This document shows, piece after piece, positions 1 through 8,877 of a stretch of DNA of 45,103 bases. The notes beneath the pieces were generated by a model that was not told the origin of the DNA, did not search any database, and saw only the letters and a program-made list of their open reading frames with translations. Source of the stretch: Candidatus Helarchaeota archaeon (GTDB lineage Archaea > Asgardarchaeota > Lokiarchaeia > Helarchaeales > RDOG01); contig JALGVI010000015.1 in the NCBI GenBank assembly GCA_029838215.1, positions 1 through 45,103 of the forward strand, written 5' to 3'. A program made the translations under genes and the position numbers. Positions within the stretch are counted from its first letter, which is position 1. Each line of letters begins with the position of its first letter.

Positions 1-1820
1 GGTAATATTGGTCGTTCGGGGGGTTCATCGGGAGTGGATTCTTCAGGAATATCTGTGAAAGTGCCTATTATAACGTGATAAGTTGTAATGTTACCAGTTC
101 CTGTAGATGTATCTGCATAAACCAATAACCCAGTTTTCTTCTCATATATTAGAGTGGTATTTTGAAATAATTGTCCTGATGCGGAGTTGTTTAGCTGATC
201 CACTCGAAATTTGATGTGAGTAACATTTTCACGCCAGTAGTATTCTTGGAATTGATATCCATATCCTTCAGCAATGGTTTTTTGGTCCATGAATACTTGC
301 TTATTTTTGGTCCAGTCGTTCCAAGTCATTAGACCGAATTGAGCGTTCATGTAACCGAGGTTTAAGTTAATTCCAATCTCCTTTTGGTTTGCATTGGTAT
401 AAGTTTCATTCCCTATTTTCACCATGCCAGTCGTAAGGTTGTGTTTTATTCCAGATAGGGAAAAATTGAGACTCGATGAAAACCATCCTGATTTATTTGC
501 TGTATAATTTGCACGTTCGACAAAAGATCCTCCATCAACCCACGTAGCAGCATTGTCTGTAGCATTTGTATAGTATCCGGTTAACGTCCAATCAAAGAAG
601 ATGCTTGGAAATACATCGAATATGAGGTGAACCGAAACATGAGTGGAGTTACCAAAGGACGTGTCAGCATGCAATAGCACTCCAGATTGCTTGTGATATA
701 CAAGAGTCGTGTTTTGCCACGTGTCAAAATAGCTATCATTTTGGAACACATAGAAAACAACGTGCGTGGTGTTATCATAGATGCCATAATATTCGAACTC
801 GGTTCCATAGCTCGCAGCACTTTCAATTCCGTTGATGAATGCGTCTTTGTTTGAGTTCCAGTCAGTTGAAGCAATTAGACCAAACTGCGTAGGATAATAC
901 CCAAGCATTAGATTTGAACCGATTTCTTCTTGACCGACATCGTGAAAGGTCTCATTTCCGATACTCAGGTTACCAATTAATTTACCATTATTAATTTGAC
1001 CGAATGTATAGTTCACGTCAGGATTTAGAGTGCCCGTTAAGTTTGCGGAAAAATTGGCGACCGGTGACCATGAATTATCATACCATTCGATATAATTATC
1101 GGCACCTACGCTTTCGAATTTCGTGAGAGTCCAATTCAAATAGAAACTCGGGAACGTACCGATTATTAAATGGTATCCTGAATTTTGAGTGTTTGCATGA
1201 AGTAGAATTCCATTGGATTTATTGTAAATTAATGTTGTATTTTGCCAGAACCCGTATACAGAATCAGGGAGCTGTTCAACATGGAAAATAATCCAAGATC
1301 CATTGTCTATAACCCAATATGCATTAAAAGAATTTCCGTACCCTTCAGAAACGGCTTTCTGTGCCCAGAATAGGTTTTTATTCTGTTCCCAGTCAATCGT
1401 TGAAATGAGTCCAAATTGGGCACTAAAATAACCGAGCATCAAATTCGTGCCAATTTCGTATTGATCAACGCCTGCATAGGAAGAATTTCCAATTCGAATC
1501 GTTCCGTTGATGAAGCTGTCATCTTTTGCAGTCACGGTAAAATTAAGATCCGGATTTAAATCATTGGAAATATTTGCAGAATATGTTCCTTTAGGCGGAG
1601 CAAGCCAGTCGTATGCATCTGTCCAGTTTGCGGCATTATCTTGTGCAACTGTTTCATAAAGTATTATGGTCCAGTTATATGTTTCCGAAACTTGAATTTC
1701 GGCACTTGTCGTGGCGGCCACGGGAGATATTCCAATGAGTAAAGGAATTATCCCCATGAACATGGAACACACGATCAGACAGGTCAAAATAATACTTTTC
1801 TTCATTCTATTTGTTTTCAT
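1..1820 (-). CDS. Large secreted/surface glycoprotein with three tandem ~180-aa repeats; partial, runs off the window edge; not in the ORF track
   Basis: Manual translation is open from in-frame ATGs at 1835/1829/1820/1805 to position 3. It starts with a signal-peptide-like stretch (MKTNRMKKSIILTCLIVCSMFMGIIPLLIGISPVAA). Three repeats share IGN.(S/T)(Y/F)...Q.EIG.NL.LGY...QFGL...DW..NK and QNTTL.Y.K..G.L..A.T. Many N-x-S/T sequons. Confidence 0.9.
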   Translation of the reverse strand, partial: MKTNRMKKSIILTCLIVCSMFMGIIPLLIGISPVAATTSAEIQVSETYNWTIILYETVAQDNAANWTDAYDWLAPPKGTYSANISNDLNPDLNFTVTAKDDSFINGTIRIGNSSYAGVDQYEIGTNLMLGYFSAQFGLISTIDWEQNKNLFWAQKAVSEGYGNSFNAYWVIDNGSWIIFHVEQLPDSVYGFWQNTTLIYNKSNGILLHANTQNSGYHLIIGTFPSFYLNWTLTKFESVGADNYIEWYDNSWSPVANFSANLTGTLNPDVNYTFGQINNGKLIGNLSIGNETFHDVGQEEIGSNLMLGYYPTQFGLIASTDWNSNKDAFINGIESAASYGTEFEYYGIYDNTTHVVFYVFQNDSYFDTWQNTTLVYHKQSGVLLHADTSFGNSTHVSVHLIFDVFPSIFFDWTLTGYYTNATDNAATWVDGGSFVERANYTANKSGWFSSSLNFSLSGIKHNLTTGMVKIGNETYTNANQKEIGINLNLGYMNAQFGLMTWNDWTKNKQVFMDQKTIAEGYGYQFQEYYWRENVTHIKFRVDQLNNSASGQLFQNTTLIYEKKTGLLVYADTSTGTGNITTYHVIIGTFTDIPEESTPDEPPERPIL

Positions 1821-1840
1821 TTTTGTCATCTCCATTTGTA

Positions 1841-2251
1841 TCATGCTACTGCAATCCACAATACGATAGAATTATTTTGAATGGGATACATTATTGCAGC
1901 AACACTAGGAAAGAACCCATCAACGGAATAGCGCCAACCGTTGCCGTAGTAGCCATTTATGGCCCATATGTAGGCACGTCCATAGACGGGATGTGGTGTT
2001 ACCGTTGCAACTGCTTCAAGGACATCCAGAGCGTTATTGCCCTTGATGTCGTAAAACACTGCAGGGGAACTTCCATTGTTATAATCAATAGTGACCGTGA
2101 CGTTGAATGCAGAATAGGTGCCATCACCGTTTGGTGGGTTACTCAAGGAAAGAAGCGTGTTTTGATACATGAAATAAATGACGGCGGGCGGAACGATGGC
2201 AGTAATAATTATTCCTGTCAAGATAACAATGATTATCTTTTCTTTTTCCAT
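1841..2251 (-). CDS. Membrane-anchored DUF4430 (transcobalamin C-terminal-like) domain protein
   Basis: N-terminal TM helix, then VTVTIDYNNG, ALDVLE, YG.AYIWAING, WRYSVDG and VAA..YPIQNNSIVLW, which match the DUF4430 pattern. Confidence 0.7.
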   Translation of the reverse strand: MEKEKIIIVILTGIIITAIVPPAVIYFMYQNTLLSLSNPPNGDGTYSAFNVTVTIDYNNGSSPAVFYDIKGNNALDVLEAVATVTPHPVYGRAYIWAINGYYGNGWRYSVDGFFPSVAAIMYPIQNNSIVLWIAVA

Positions 2252-2262
2252 TTTCTCCCACG

Positions 2263-2952
2263 TTACTTTGCTATGAATTTATTGATGCGAATGATTACTT
2301 GAGGAGCTACAAGACCAAAGAGGAGTGAATTACACACGACATGGATGATTGTATAAGGGATTTGAGCAATGTAGATAAAAAAAATCAAGTTGGGAGTTAT
2401 TAGTTGAAATGGATAGAAAAACACGCTACTAAGAGCAGAACCGAGATCGTATAAGAGTGTAAGGCTTGCACCGAGGATTGCGTATTTATAAACGGTCCAA
2501 GCGCTGTATTTAATCTCCGAGTCGGGATTTTTTTTACGAATTCGTCCCAGAAGACCTCCAACTACTGCAACAAAAACATACAGGGTGAGTAATATTACAA
2601 GTGTGGGAAGGGGGGCGACACCCCATGGATTGAAGCTATGAAAGATGAGTGAAGAAATAGCAGCCATGGGGCATCCAACGCTCATTCCAAATAAGAAAGA
2701 GGTAATGAAAATGGTCAAGGTAAGGATTTCAACATTAGGAAGGAATACTAGAGCGTATGACCCCCCAATTCCCGTTGCAGTCAGAATGGCTATGAGAGAA
2801 ATTTGTAAAGCAACATTTTTTTTTCGTTCGAATTTTATTTCTTTTTCAAGTGTAGTCTTGTTTTGAATTTTATCAATAATGGGATCTTTTTTATCCTTGT
2901 CAGGGTTAGACTCTAAGGAAGGAACTCTTGTTATTTTAAATTTTTCATCCAT
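2263..2952 (-). CDS. ECF transporter S component, CbrT-like (probably cobalamin)
   Basis: About six TM helices with LPNVE.LTL, FLFG..VG and FNPWG motifs; adjacent to a DUF4430 gene. Confidence 0.65.
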   Translation of the reverse strand: MDEKFKITRVPSLESNPDKDKKDPIIDKIQNKTTLEKEIKFERKKNVALQISLIAILTATGIGGSYALVFLPNVEILTLTIFITSFLFGMSVGCPMAAISSLIFHSFNPWGVAPLPTLVILLTLYVFVAVVGGLLGRIRKKNPDSEIKYSAWTVYKYAILGASLTLLYDLGSALSSVFFYPFQLITPNLIFFIYIAQIPYTIIHVVCNSLLFGLVAPQVIIRINKFIAK

Positions 2953-2982
2953 GTCTTGACACCATTGATAAGATTTTAGGGG

Positions 2983-3016
2983 GTTGGATAATCTTGCCAG
3001 TTGGATAATCTAGCCA
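2983..3016. promoter_or_regulatory. Tandem 17-bp direct repeat; candidate operator of the ECF operon
   Basis: GTTGGATAATCTTGCCA followed by GTTGGATAATCTAGCCA. Each unit is an imperfect TTGG-N-TA-N3-TA-N-CCAA dyad. It lies between a minus-strand TTTATATA box (3038-3045) and the start codon at 2952. Confidence 0.7.
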
Positions 3017-3104
3017 ATTACTTTGATACAAAAAACATATATAAAGATATCGAGTGATTTAGATTCTTGATTCTAAAATGAGAAGAAATAAAACAATGAC
3101 AAAG

Positions 3105-3749
3105 TCATAGATTTAGAAGACTATAGGCTGCAGCCCAAGCACCCATTATGGCTTTCTCCTCAGAGTTGCCCATTCCAACAATGATAACATCGTCAGGTTT
3201 TACTTGCAAAATTTCTTTTAATCTTGCTACTAATTTGGGATTTGATTTCTCTAGATCTTCAGCAATTCCGGGCATGGAAAATTTGTTATTTTTAAATAAA
3301 ATCGTTAAAGCACCCGAAGCATCGATTCTAAGGGCAGCAGTGGTCTGTTCAAGACCAGATTTTAAATTTTTGCTACCGTTTCGCACAATGAGGATGGCAT
3401 TAAATCCTGCGAGGGAAGTGTCTTTTGGGACATCAACTAAGATTGGATCAAATGGGATGTTTTTTTCGAATGCTTTTACAGTTTCATTTCCCAATTCTGT
3501 TAAAAGGAGACCTTTTACAGTTGTTTCTATTAAATTCAAACTTTTAATGATCTTTATCAGGGTTCTTATTGATCCTGCACCTAGATTAATTTCTTCTTGG
3601 AGTTTATTTCGTCCGATAGGAGCTTTTTTTGAAATAATTCGTAGGACACGTTCAAAATGATATATGTTATAGGAAGATCTTGGACCTGCAGGACGATTTG
3701 CCAAAATATTTTTAATGTCGGTGCGAGAAATATATTTTCCACTTTTCAC
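3105..3749 (-). CDS. Winged-helix regulator-like protein, DUF4443 family
   Basis: GPRSSY..YH, PIGRNKLQEEINLGAGSIRTLIK and GLLLTELG form an HTH/wing pattern; C-terminal A.TTAA...GALT..F. Confidence 0.65.
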   Translation of the reverse strand: MKSGKYISRTDIKNILANRPAGPRSSYNIYHFERVLRIISKKAPIGRNKLQEEINLGAGSIRTLIKIIKSLNLIETTVKGLLLTELGNETVKAFEKNIPFDPILVDVPKDTSLAGFNAILIVRNGSKNLKSGLEQTTAALRIDASGALTILFKNNKFSMPGIAEDLEKSNPKLVARLKEILQVKPDDVIIVGMGNSEEKAIMGAWAAAYSLLNL

Positions 3750-3823
3750 GAAATTTCCCCTGATACTATATCAACGAGTGATTATTTTTATTGGTGAGTT
3801 TTAAAGATATATTTTCAGCTCCT

Positions 3824-4987
3824 TCAAGAAGAATTTTGTGCAGGAATAGGCTGGAGATAATCATAAGTCGTAGAGCGTTGAATTGGAATGCGATTTATTT
3901 CTTGGATGAGTGCCCGGATCTGAGATACTTCAAGAGATTCACCATAAATAGCTCCGGCACTTCTGGAGATATTTTCTTCCATTAAAGTACCTCCAAAATC
4001 GTTTGCTCCAACCTGTAGACCCTTTTGTGCAAGTTGTGGTCCGAGTTTTACCCAAGAAACCTGTATGTTTTTTACGTTGTGCAGGAATAGCCTTGAGATT
4101 GCGATTAACTTGAGATGATCTGTCGGATTCTTGATGTCTCCGTGAACATTTGCTTGGAGCTCTAAAGCATTGTTCAAATTGATGAATGCCAGCGGGATGA
4201 ATTCTGTAAAACCAGCTGTTCGGTCTTGAATGTCTCTTATGATTTTTAGATGTTGGATTCGTTCCTCAGCCGTTTCGACGTGTCCATATAGCATGGTGGC
4301 AGTGGTAGGAATTTTAAGTTGATGAGCCGTGCTAATGACTTCAATCCAAGATTTCACGCTAATTTTTTCGGGACAAATCAAGTTTCGCACGCGATCAACC
4401 AAAATTTCAGCGGCGGTTCCCGGGATCGAGTCAAGACCCTCTTTTTTAAGTAGTTGAAGAGCCGTCTTTATTGATAATCCGCTTCGTTGAGCTCCTGTAT
4501 AAATTTCCATTGGTGAAAAACCGTGAACGTGTATCCGGGGAACGAGACTTTTAATGGCCTTTATAATTTGAATGTAAAAATCAAGGTTAGTTTGAGGAGC
4601 AATTCCACCTTGGATGCAAACCTCAGTTGCTCCAAGCTCCCATGCTTCTTTCGCCTTTCGTTGTATTTCAGGAATTGATAGAAAAACACCTTTATTACTT
4701 GATGGATCTTCGGAATAGGCGCAGAATTTGCATCGAATCGTGCACTGGTTTGTAAAATTTATGTTCCTATTAAACACGTAAGTCACGATTTCTCCAACTT
4801 TGCGTTGGCGAAGTAAGTCTGCTGTCTTTAAAAGACAATCGAGCTCTTCATCTTGAACGTGCATTAATTTCAGACCATCTTTTACAGAAATCGGTCTACC
4901 ATCTAGAGCTTTATCGATTATTTCATGAACTTCGGGTTCGATCGCCTTGAGTTTGTTCTCAATTAGACTCATCGTGACTTTAGTCAA
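3824..4987 (-). CDS. cofH: FO synthase subunit 2 (radical SAM; F420 biosynthesis)
   Basis: NRNINFTNQCTIRCKFCAY CxxxCxxC motif; EVCIQGG, PGTAAEIL, TATMLYGHVE, EFIPLAF, GANDFGGTLMEENISRSAG. Confidence 0.92.
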   Translation of the reverse strand: MTKVTMSLIENKLKAIEPEVHEIIDKALDGRPISVKDGLKLMHVQDEELDCLLKTADLLRQRKVGEIVTYVFNRNINFTNQCTIRCKFCAYSEDPSSNKGVFLSIPEIQRKAKEAWELGATEVCIQGGIAPQTNLDFYIQIIKAIKSLVPRIHVHGFSPMEIYTGAQRSGLSIKTALQLLKKEGLDSIPGTAAEILVDRVRNLICPEKISVKSWIEVISTAHQLKIPTTATMLYGHVETAEERIQHLKIIRDIQDRTAGFTEFIPLAFINLNNALELQANVHGDIKNPTDHLKLIAISRLFLHNVKNIQVSWVKLGPQLAQKGLQVGANDFGGTLMEENISRSAGAIYGESLEVSQIRALIQEINRIPIQRSTTYDYLQPIPAQNSS

Positions 4988-5005
4988 GAATATTCCTCGA
5001 AAAAT

Positions 5006-6184
5006 TCATCTGACAAATCCTGATTCATCGATATGAATTAAAATTTTTTCCATGACTCGCTCCGACGTGAACTCTGGAGTTATAAAGTCGGGATAAATTG
5101 GTAATCTTTCGATTAACACGCACTCATTTGCTTCCGTGATTTTCCGAAGTTTACGAATCTCGGGCCATTCATGTTCAGGATTTACATGATCTTTAGAAAT
5201 TGGAGATATTCCCCCCCAATCATGAAGTCCTGCACTGAGTAGGTCAGGAAGTCGATCTTGATTTAGGTTTGGTGGCACTTGAACGTGCATTCGGGACCCG
5301 AAAATAATTCGTGTGAGAATGATCATTGCAACCATTTCTTGCAATGCTGGTGGGTTGAAAGAAGGATTATTAATGGTCGCTTCATTATGAACAAAGTTCT
5401 GGATAATGATTTCCTGAATATGTTGATACTTCGAATGTAATTTCTTTATTTCGAATAATGAATGGATGCGTTCTTCCCAAGTCTCTCCTATTCCGATCAA
5501 GAGTCCAGTCGTGAAGGGAATTTTTAATTTTCCAGCATTTTCAATCAATTCTAATCGTGCTTGAGGAGCTTTGCCAGGGCTTTTCTCATGGGGCATTCCA
5601 GGTAGTAGTAGTCGTTCAGAAGCGTTTTCCAGCATTAGACCCATACTTGCATTGACTTCCTTTAGAGCTTTTAGTTCATCGAATGAAAGGATGCCAGGAT
5701 TACTATGAGGAAGTAAAGAATGCTGATCCAGAATTTTCTCGCATAGGTTCAAGTGATACTCATGTGTTGAATTATAGTTTCCAATTTGTTTTAATGCATG
5801 ACGAACTTTAGAGTATCGTTCTTCGGGTCGTTCCCCGAACGTGAAAAGAACTTCCTTACAACCTAATCTTGCAGATTGTTGAACGAGTTTCAAGACTTCT
5901 TGAGGTTTCATTAACCTTGCTTGAGGATCATTTGGGTCTTTTCGGAAACCACAATATGTGCATTCATTACGACATAAATTCACTAATGGAACAAACACAT
6001 TTTTAGAATAAGTAATGGGCTTTTTTTCTTGGGTGTTATCCCGTTTATCGAGTAGTTTTGCGATTTTAAAGAGCTTTGACGATGAATAGGACGTAATTAG
6101 CAATAATTCTTCCTTTGTGAGAACTTGATTTTTCAGAATTTTTTCTGTTACTTCGGTGAATTGACCATTTTTTCTGTCTTTCAT
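5006..6184 (-). CDS. cofG: FO synthase subunit 1 (radical SAM; F420 biosynthesis)
   Basis: ITYSKNVFVPLVNLCRNECTYCGF; GCKEVLFTFGERPE, PHSNPG, SMGLMLE, KIPFTTGLLIGIGET, QVPPNL, DWGGISP. Confidence 0.93.
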   Translation of the reverse strand: MKDRKNGQFTEVTEKILKNQVLTKEELLLITSYSSSKLFKIAKLLDKRDNTQEKKPITYSKNVFVPLVNLCRNECTYCGFRKDPNDPQARLMKPQEVLKLVQQSARLGCKEVLFTFGERPEERYSKVRHALKQIGNYNSTHEYHLNLCEKILDQHSLLPHSNPGILSFDELKALKEVNASMGLMLENASERLLLPGMPHEKSPGKAPQARLELIENAGKLKIPFTTGLLIGIGETWEERIHSLFEIKKLHSKYQHIQEIIIQNFVHNEATINNPSFNPPALQEMVAMIILTRIIFGSRMHVQVPPNLNQDRLPDLLSAGLHDWGGISPISKDHVNPEHEWPEIRKLRKITEANECVLIERLPIYPDFITPEFTSERVMEKILIHIDESGFVR

Positions 6185-6280
6185 GTCAAATTTTCCTGTT
6201 GACGCAATTTTATCGAATGCGATTTTACAAGAATGCCTTTCAATTTTTTTTACTCTTGAATATTTTTAAATAGGATTAAT

Positions 6281-6316
6281 GTAGATATCTATGTAGATAT
6301 CTACTTAGAAATCTAC
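6281..6316. promoter_or_regulatory. Three tandem 12-bp palindromic sites (GTAGATATCTAC); probable PadR operator
   Basis: gtagatatctat / gtagatatctac (perfect palindrome, 6293-6304) / ttagaaatctac, downstream of a TTTTTAAATA box and 21 bp before the PadR ATG. Confidence 0.75.
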
Positions 6317-6337
6317 ACGTAAGGAAGACGCTAAAAA

Positions 6338-6970
6338 ATGTTTCGACGCGGTCGTTCTCGACAAGAAATTAGTCCAATTGGAATGCTTGTGCTTGGTGCT
6401 TTGAAGGATAAGCCACTTACAGGAATGAACATCATTCGCAAGTTAGATGAAGAATTCTCGGACACTGCTTTTAAAGCCAAGACTGGTACGATTTATCCAT
6501 TGCTTGAAAAATTGGAAAAAAATGAGTATATTGAGAGGAAAAACTTGCAAAGTCGTGAAAAAATTTACGCGTTGACATCAAAGGGAAAAAATCTCCTTGC
6601 AAATGCGATAAATTCCAATTTCAAGAGCGAAATGGCTTTTTCCAGCCGTTTTTTCGATTTTTTCCTCTCTACGGATTTTGTAGATTTCATATCAAGCATG
6701 ACAAAAAATGTCGCAGAAATTGGTGAGAGCATTGCTGGTCAATTTGACCATGGTTTGAAAGATTTCAAGTATAAGAATTTAAAAGCGGATATTAGGCGGC
6801 TCCAAAAACTCATCAATTATCACGAGTCTCAAATCGAGAAACACAGAATCGAAATTGAAAAAATTGAAGAAAGAATTAAGCGAAAACAATTCAAGCTTGA
6901 AAAAATTGAGAAAGAATTAGAAGAAACTGAAAAAGAAAAGAAAAAATTTCATGCTATTGAGATAGATTAG
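6338..6970 (+). CDS. PadR-family transcriptional regulator with long C-terminal coiled coil
   Basis: LVLGALKDKPLTG..I, GTIYPLLEKLEK..YI and KIYALTSKGK; E/K-rich heptad tail. Confidence 0.88.
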   Translation: MFRRGRSRQEISPIGMLVLGALKDKPLTGMNIIRKLDEEFSDTAFKAKTGTIYPLLEKLEKNEYIERKNLQSREKIYALTSKGKNLLANAINSNFKSEMAFSSRFFDFFLSTDFVDFISSMTKNVAEIGESIAGQFDHGLKDFKYKNLKADIRRLQKLINYHESQIEKHRIEIEKIEERIKRKQFKLEKIEKELEETEKEKKKFHAIEID

Positions 6971-6981
6971 AGGTGATTTAC

Positions 6982-7413
6982 GTGTCAGGTCCAAATTTTG
7001 GAGAAGAATTTTGGCGGAGATTTGAAACGAATATTTGGAGGAAATGGTTTCCTAGAAAAAAAGTCCACTCACCATTTCATACGTGGAGGCTGATTACGGG
7101 TTTTGGATTTCCGTTTGATGCTTTGTTTAATCCAATAGAGATCGTCGAAGAAGATGATACAAAAATCATCTATCGAGTTGTTCTTCCAGGTATCTCCAGG
7201 GAGCAAATCACGTTAGGCGCGACTTCAGGAGAATTAATAATCAAGATTCATCCAACAGAAGATGAAAAGGAACGGGCAGAAGCCGAAACGTTACGGAGAG
7301 AATTGCCGAATAGCGTGGACGTGAATGAGATCTCGGCATCACTCAAATTAGGCATTTTAACGATAACAGCTTTAAAAAAAAATGCAAACCGGCGAACTGT
7401 CGCCATTGATTAG
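6982..7413 (+). CDS. Small heat-shock protein (Hsp20/alpha-crystallin)
   Basis: VVLPGISREQI, RELPNSVDVNEISASLKLGILTIT; GTG at 6982 follows a GAGGTGA ribosome-binding site (the ORF track starts at 6973). Confidence 0.85.
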   Translation: MSGPNFGEEFWRRFETNIWRKWFPRKKVHSPFHTWRLITGFGFPFDALFNPIEIVEEDDTKIIYRVVLPGISREQITLGATSGELIIKIHPTEDEKERAEAETLRRELPNSVDVNEISASLKLGILTITALKKNANRRTVAID

Positions 7414-7421
7414 AGAAAAAA

Positions 7422-8138
7422 TCAGGAGAGTTTTACGGTCGCACTCCCTGCAATAGTTTGTCGCACGCGATGGATATGAAATTCCACGTCAGCCCCATCG
7501 TGCGTGATGTCAATTTCAATTTTCTCCTTCGGATTCGCCCAAAGCTTGATGGCACCTTCTTCCACGCTGATGTAGTTTACTTTTTTTGCCCCCATCACGT
7601 CAAACTTGATATTTTCATTTTGTTCGATGATCGTTCCTTCCTGGAAATTCACGGAGTAATTCATGCTAAGTTTGGCATTTTTCAAGTTTTTCTTGATGAC
7701 ATCGTCATTAATGGATGCATCAGTCAATGTCAATCGACCGAAAATTAATGGCGTGCGTGCGAATTGCTTTAATTCCAAGTCTATCGTTTTTTCTTCGTCA
7801 TTCTTTGCCACGACCATTGCTTCACTGATTACGATATCGCCCGGGCGGCAGCTTCCAATGAATTTTACATTCGTTGTTTTTATTTCATGTGGAGATTCAA
7901 GCCAGTCTGAAAGTTGTTGGTGAGTAAATGCTGCGAAAAATAAACCGTGTGCAATAACCCCACGAAGTCCTGCCCGCCAAGCAGCTGGATCTGACATGTG
8001 AATAGGGTTTTGGTCACCCGAGGCGTAGCCGTATTCGATTATGTTTTCTCTTGTGAACTTTTTCACGAGTGGAGCAAGCACATCTCCGACATTAACATCT
8101 TCAAAACGCGGGGGAATAGTAATCCCTCCAAAAATCAT
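7422..8138 (-). CDS. MaoC-family (R)-hydratase/dehydratase with internal insertion
   Basis: YGYASGDQNPIH catalytic D-x4-H, GVIAHGLF, CRPGD; terminal strand AGSATVKL displaced by about 95 aa. Confidence 0.85.
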   Translation of the reverse strand: MIFGGITIPPRFEDVNVGDVLAPLVKKFTRENIIEYGYASGDQNPIHMSDPAAWRAGLRGVIAHGLFFAAFTHQQLSDWLESPHEIKTTNVKFIGSCRPGDIVISEAMVVAKNDEEKTIDLELKQFARTPLIFGRLTLTDASINDDVIKKNLKNAKLSMNYSVNFQEGTIIEQNENIKFDVMGAKKVNYISVEEGAIKLWANPKEKIEIDITHDGADVEFHIHRVRQTIAGSATVKLS

Positions 8139-8181
8139 GTATTAAAGAAAATAATTCATTGTCACGTAAAAAAATAGAGAA

Positions 8182-8865
8182 TTAAGGTATGGCAACAGTT
8201 GCCGTTCCAACAATGGCATCTCGGTATCTTACGATACCGAATTTAAACTTATCGCCCTTTCTCTTGCCGATGATTTCTGCAATTACTTGGTCTTTGTCGG
8301 CTCGAACCCAATTGCGGATTAATGGTTCATTAGCGAGCAAATCTTTAGTTCGTACTTCGATTCCTTGTGGTTCAAATACCATTTCGTGTTTTTTCTCACC
8401 AGCAGCGGCAAATTCAATATTGATTTTGATGGGCGTATTTGCGAGATTTTTCAAGACTTCTTCATCGGAAAGGCTCGATTTTGCTTTTCCCATAAAATAT
8501 ACCGTGCGTGTTGTTGATTTAATGTCTAAATCGACCAATTTTTCGCCATCTTTTTCGTATTTCTTCGTAACAACAGCAGTTAGCGTTACCGTGTCACCAG
8601 GACGGGTCATACCCAACATCCTTCCTTGGTACATTCGGACGTTTCCTGTTCCGACCCAATCTACGAGCATTTTTCCGAGAAATGCATGGGTATAAAGTCC
8701 GTGTGCGATGATACCTTTGTTTACTAGACCGGCAAATTCATCAACGTGGATGGGATTCGTATCGCCACCCGTGTTTGCATAGACCTTAAATTCAGAGCGT
8801 TCTAGTGGTCCAATTGTAAGTGATGTTCCTACTTCGCCTTCTTTCAATTCGTCCCAATTAACCAT
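8182..8865 (-). CDS. MaoC-family (R)-hydratase/dehydratase with internal insertion
   Basis: YANTGGDTNPIH, GIIAHGLY, TRPGDTVT; terminal strand VGTATVAIP follows an insert of about 90 aa. Confidence 0.85.
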   Translation of the reverse strand: MVNWDELKEGEVGTSLTIGPLERSEFKVYANTGGDTNPIHVDEFAGLVNKGIIAHGLYTHAFLGKMLVDWVGTGNVRMYQGRMLGMTRPGDTVTLTAVVTKKYEKDGEKLVDLDIKSTTRTVYFMGKAKSSLSDEEVLKNLANTPIKINIEFAAAGEKKHEMVFEPQGIEVRTKDLLANEPLIRNWVRADKDQVIAEIIGKRKGDKFKFGIVRYRDAIVGTATVAIP

Positions 8866-8877
8866 AATACCATCTCC

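Noticed and set aside
581-874. 97-aa minus-strand ORF in the track
   Set aside because: It is an alternative frame inside the large repeat glycoprotein gene.
1811-2302. Antisense or overlapping ORFs in the track (for example 1811..2302, 3148..3660, 8189..8695, 21775..22194, 24673..24972, 29604..29975, 32593..32886, 39429..39860, 39987..40412, 44806..45096)
   Set aside because: They are shadow frames opposite genes with clear motifs and show no independent family signal.
2983-3016. Direct repeats as a mini-CRISPR array (also 6281-6316 and 16348-16367)
   Set aside because: The units are contiguous with no spacers, too short, and there are no cas genes; they fit operators better.
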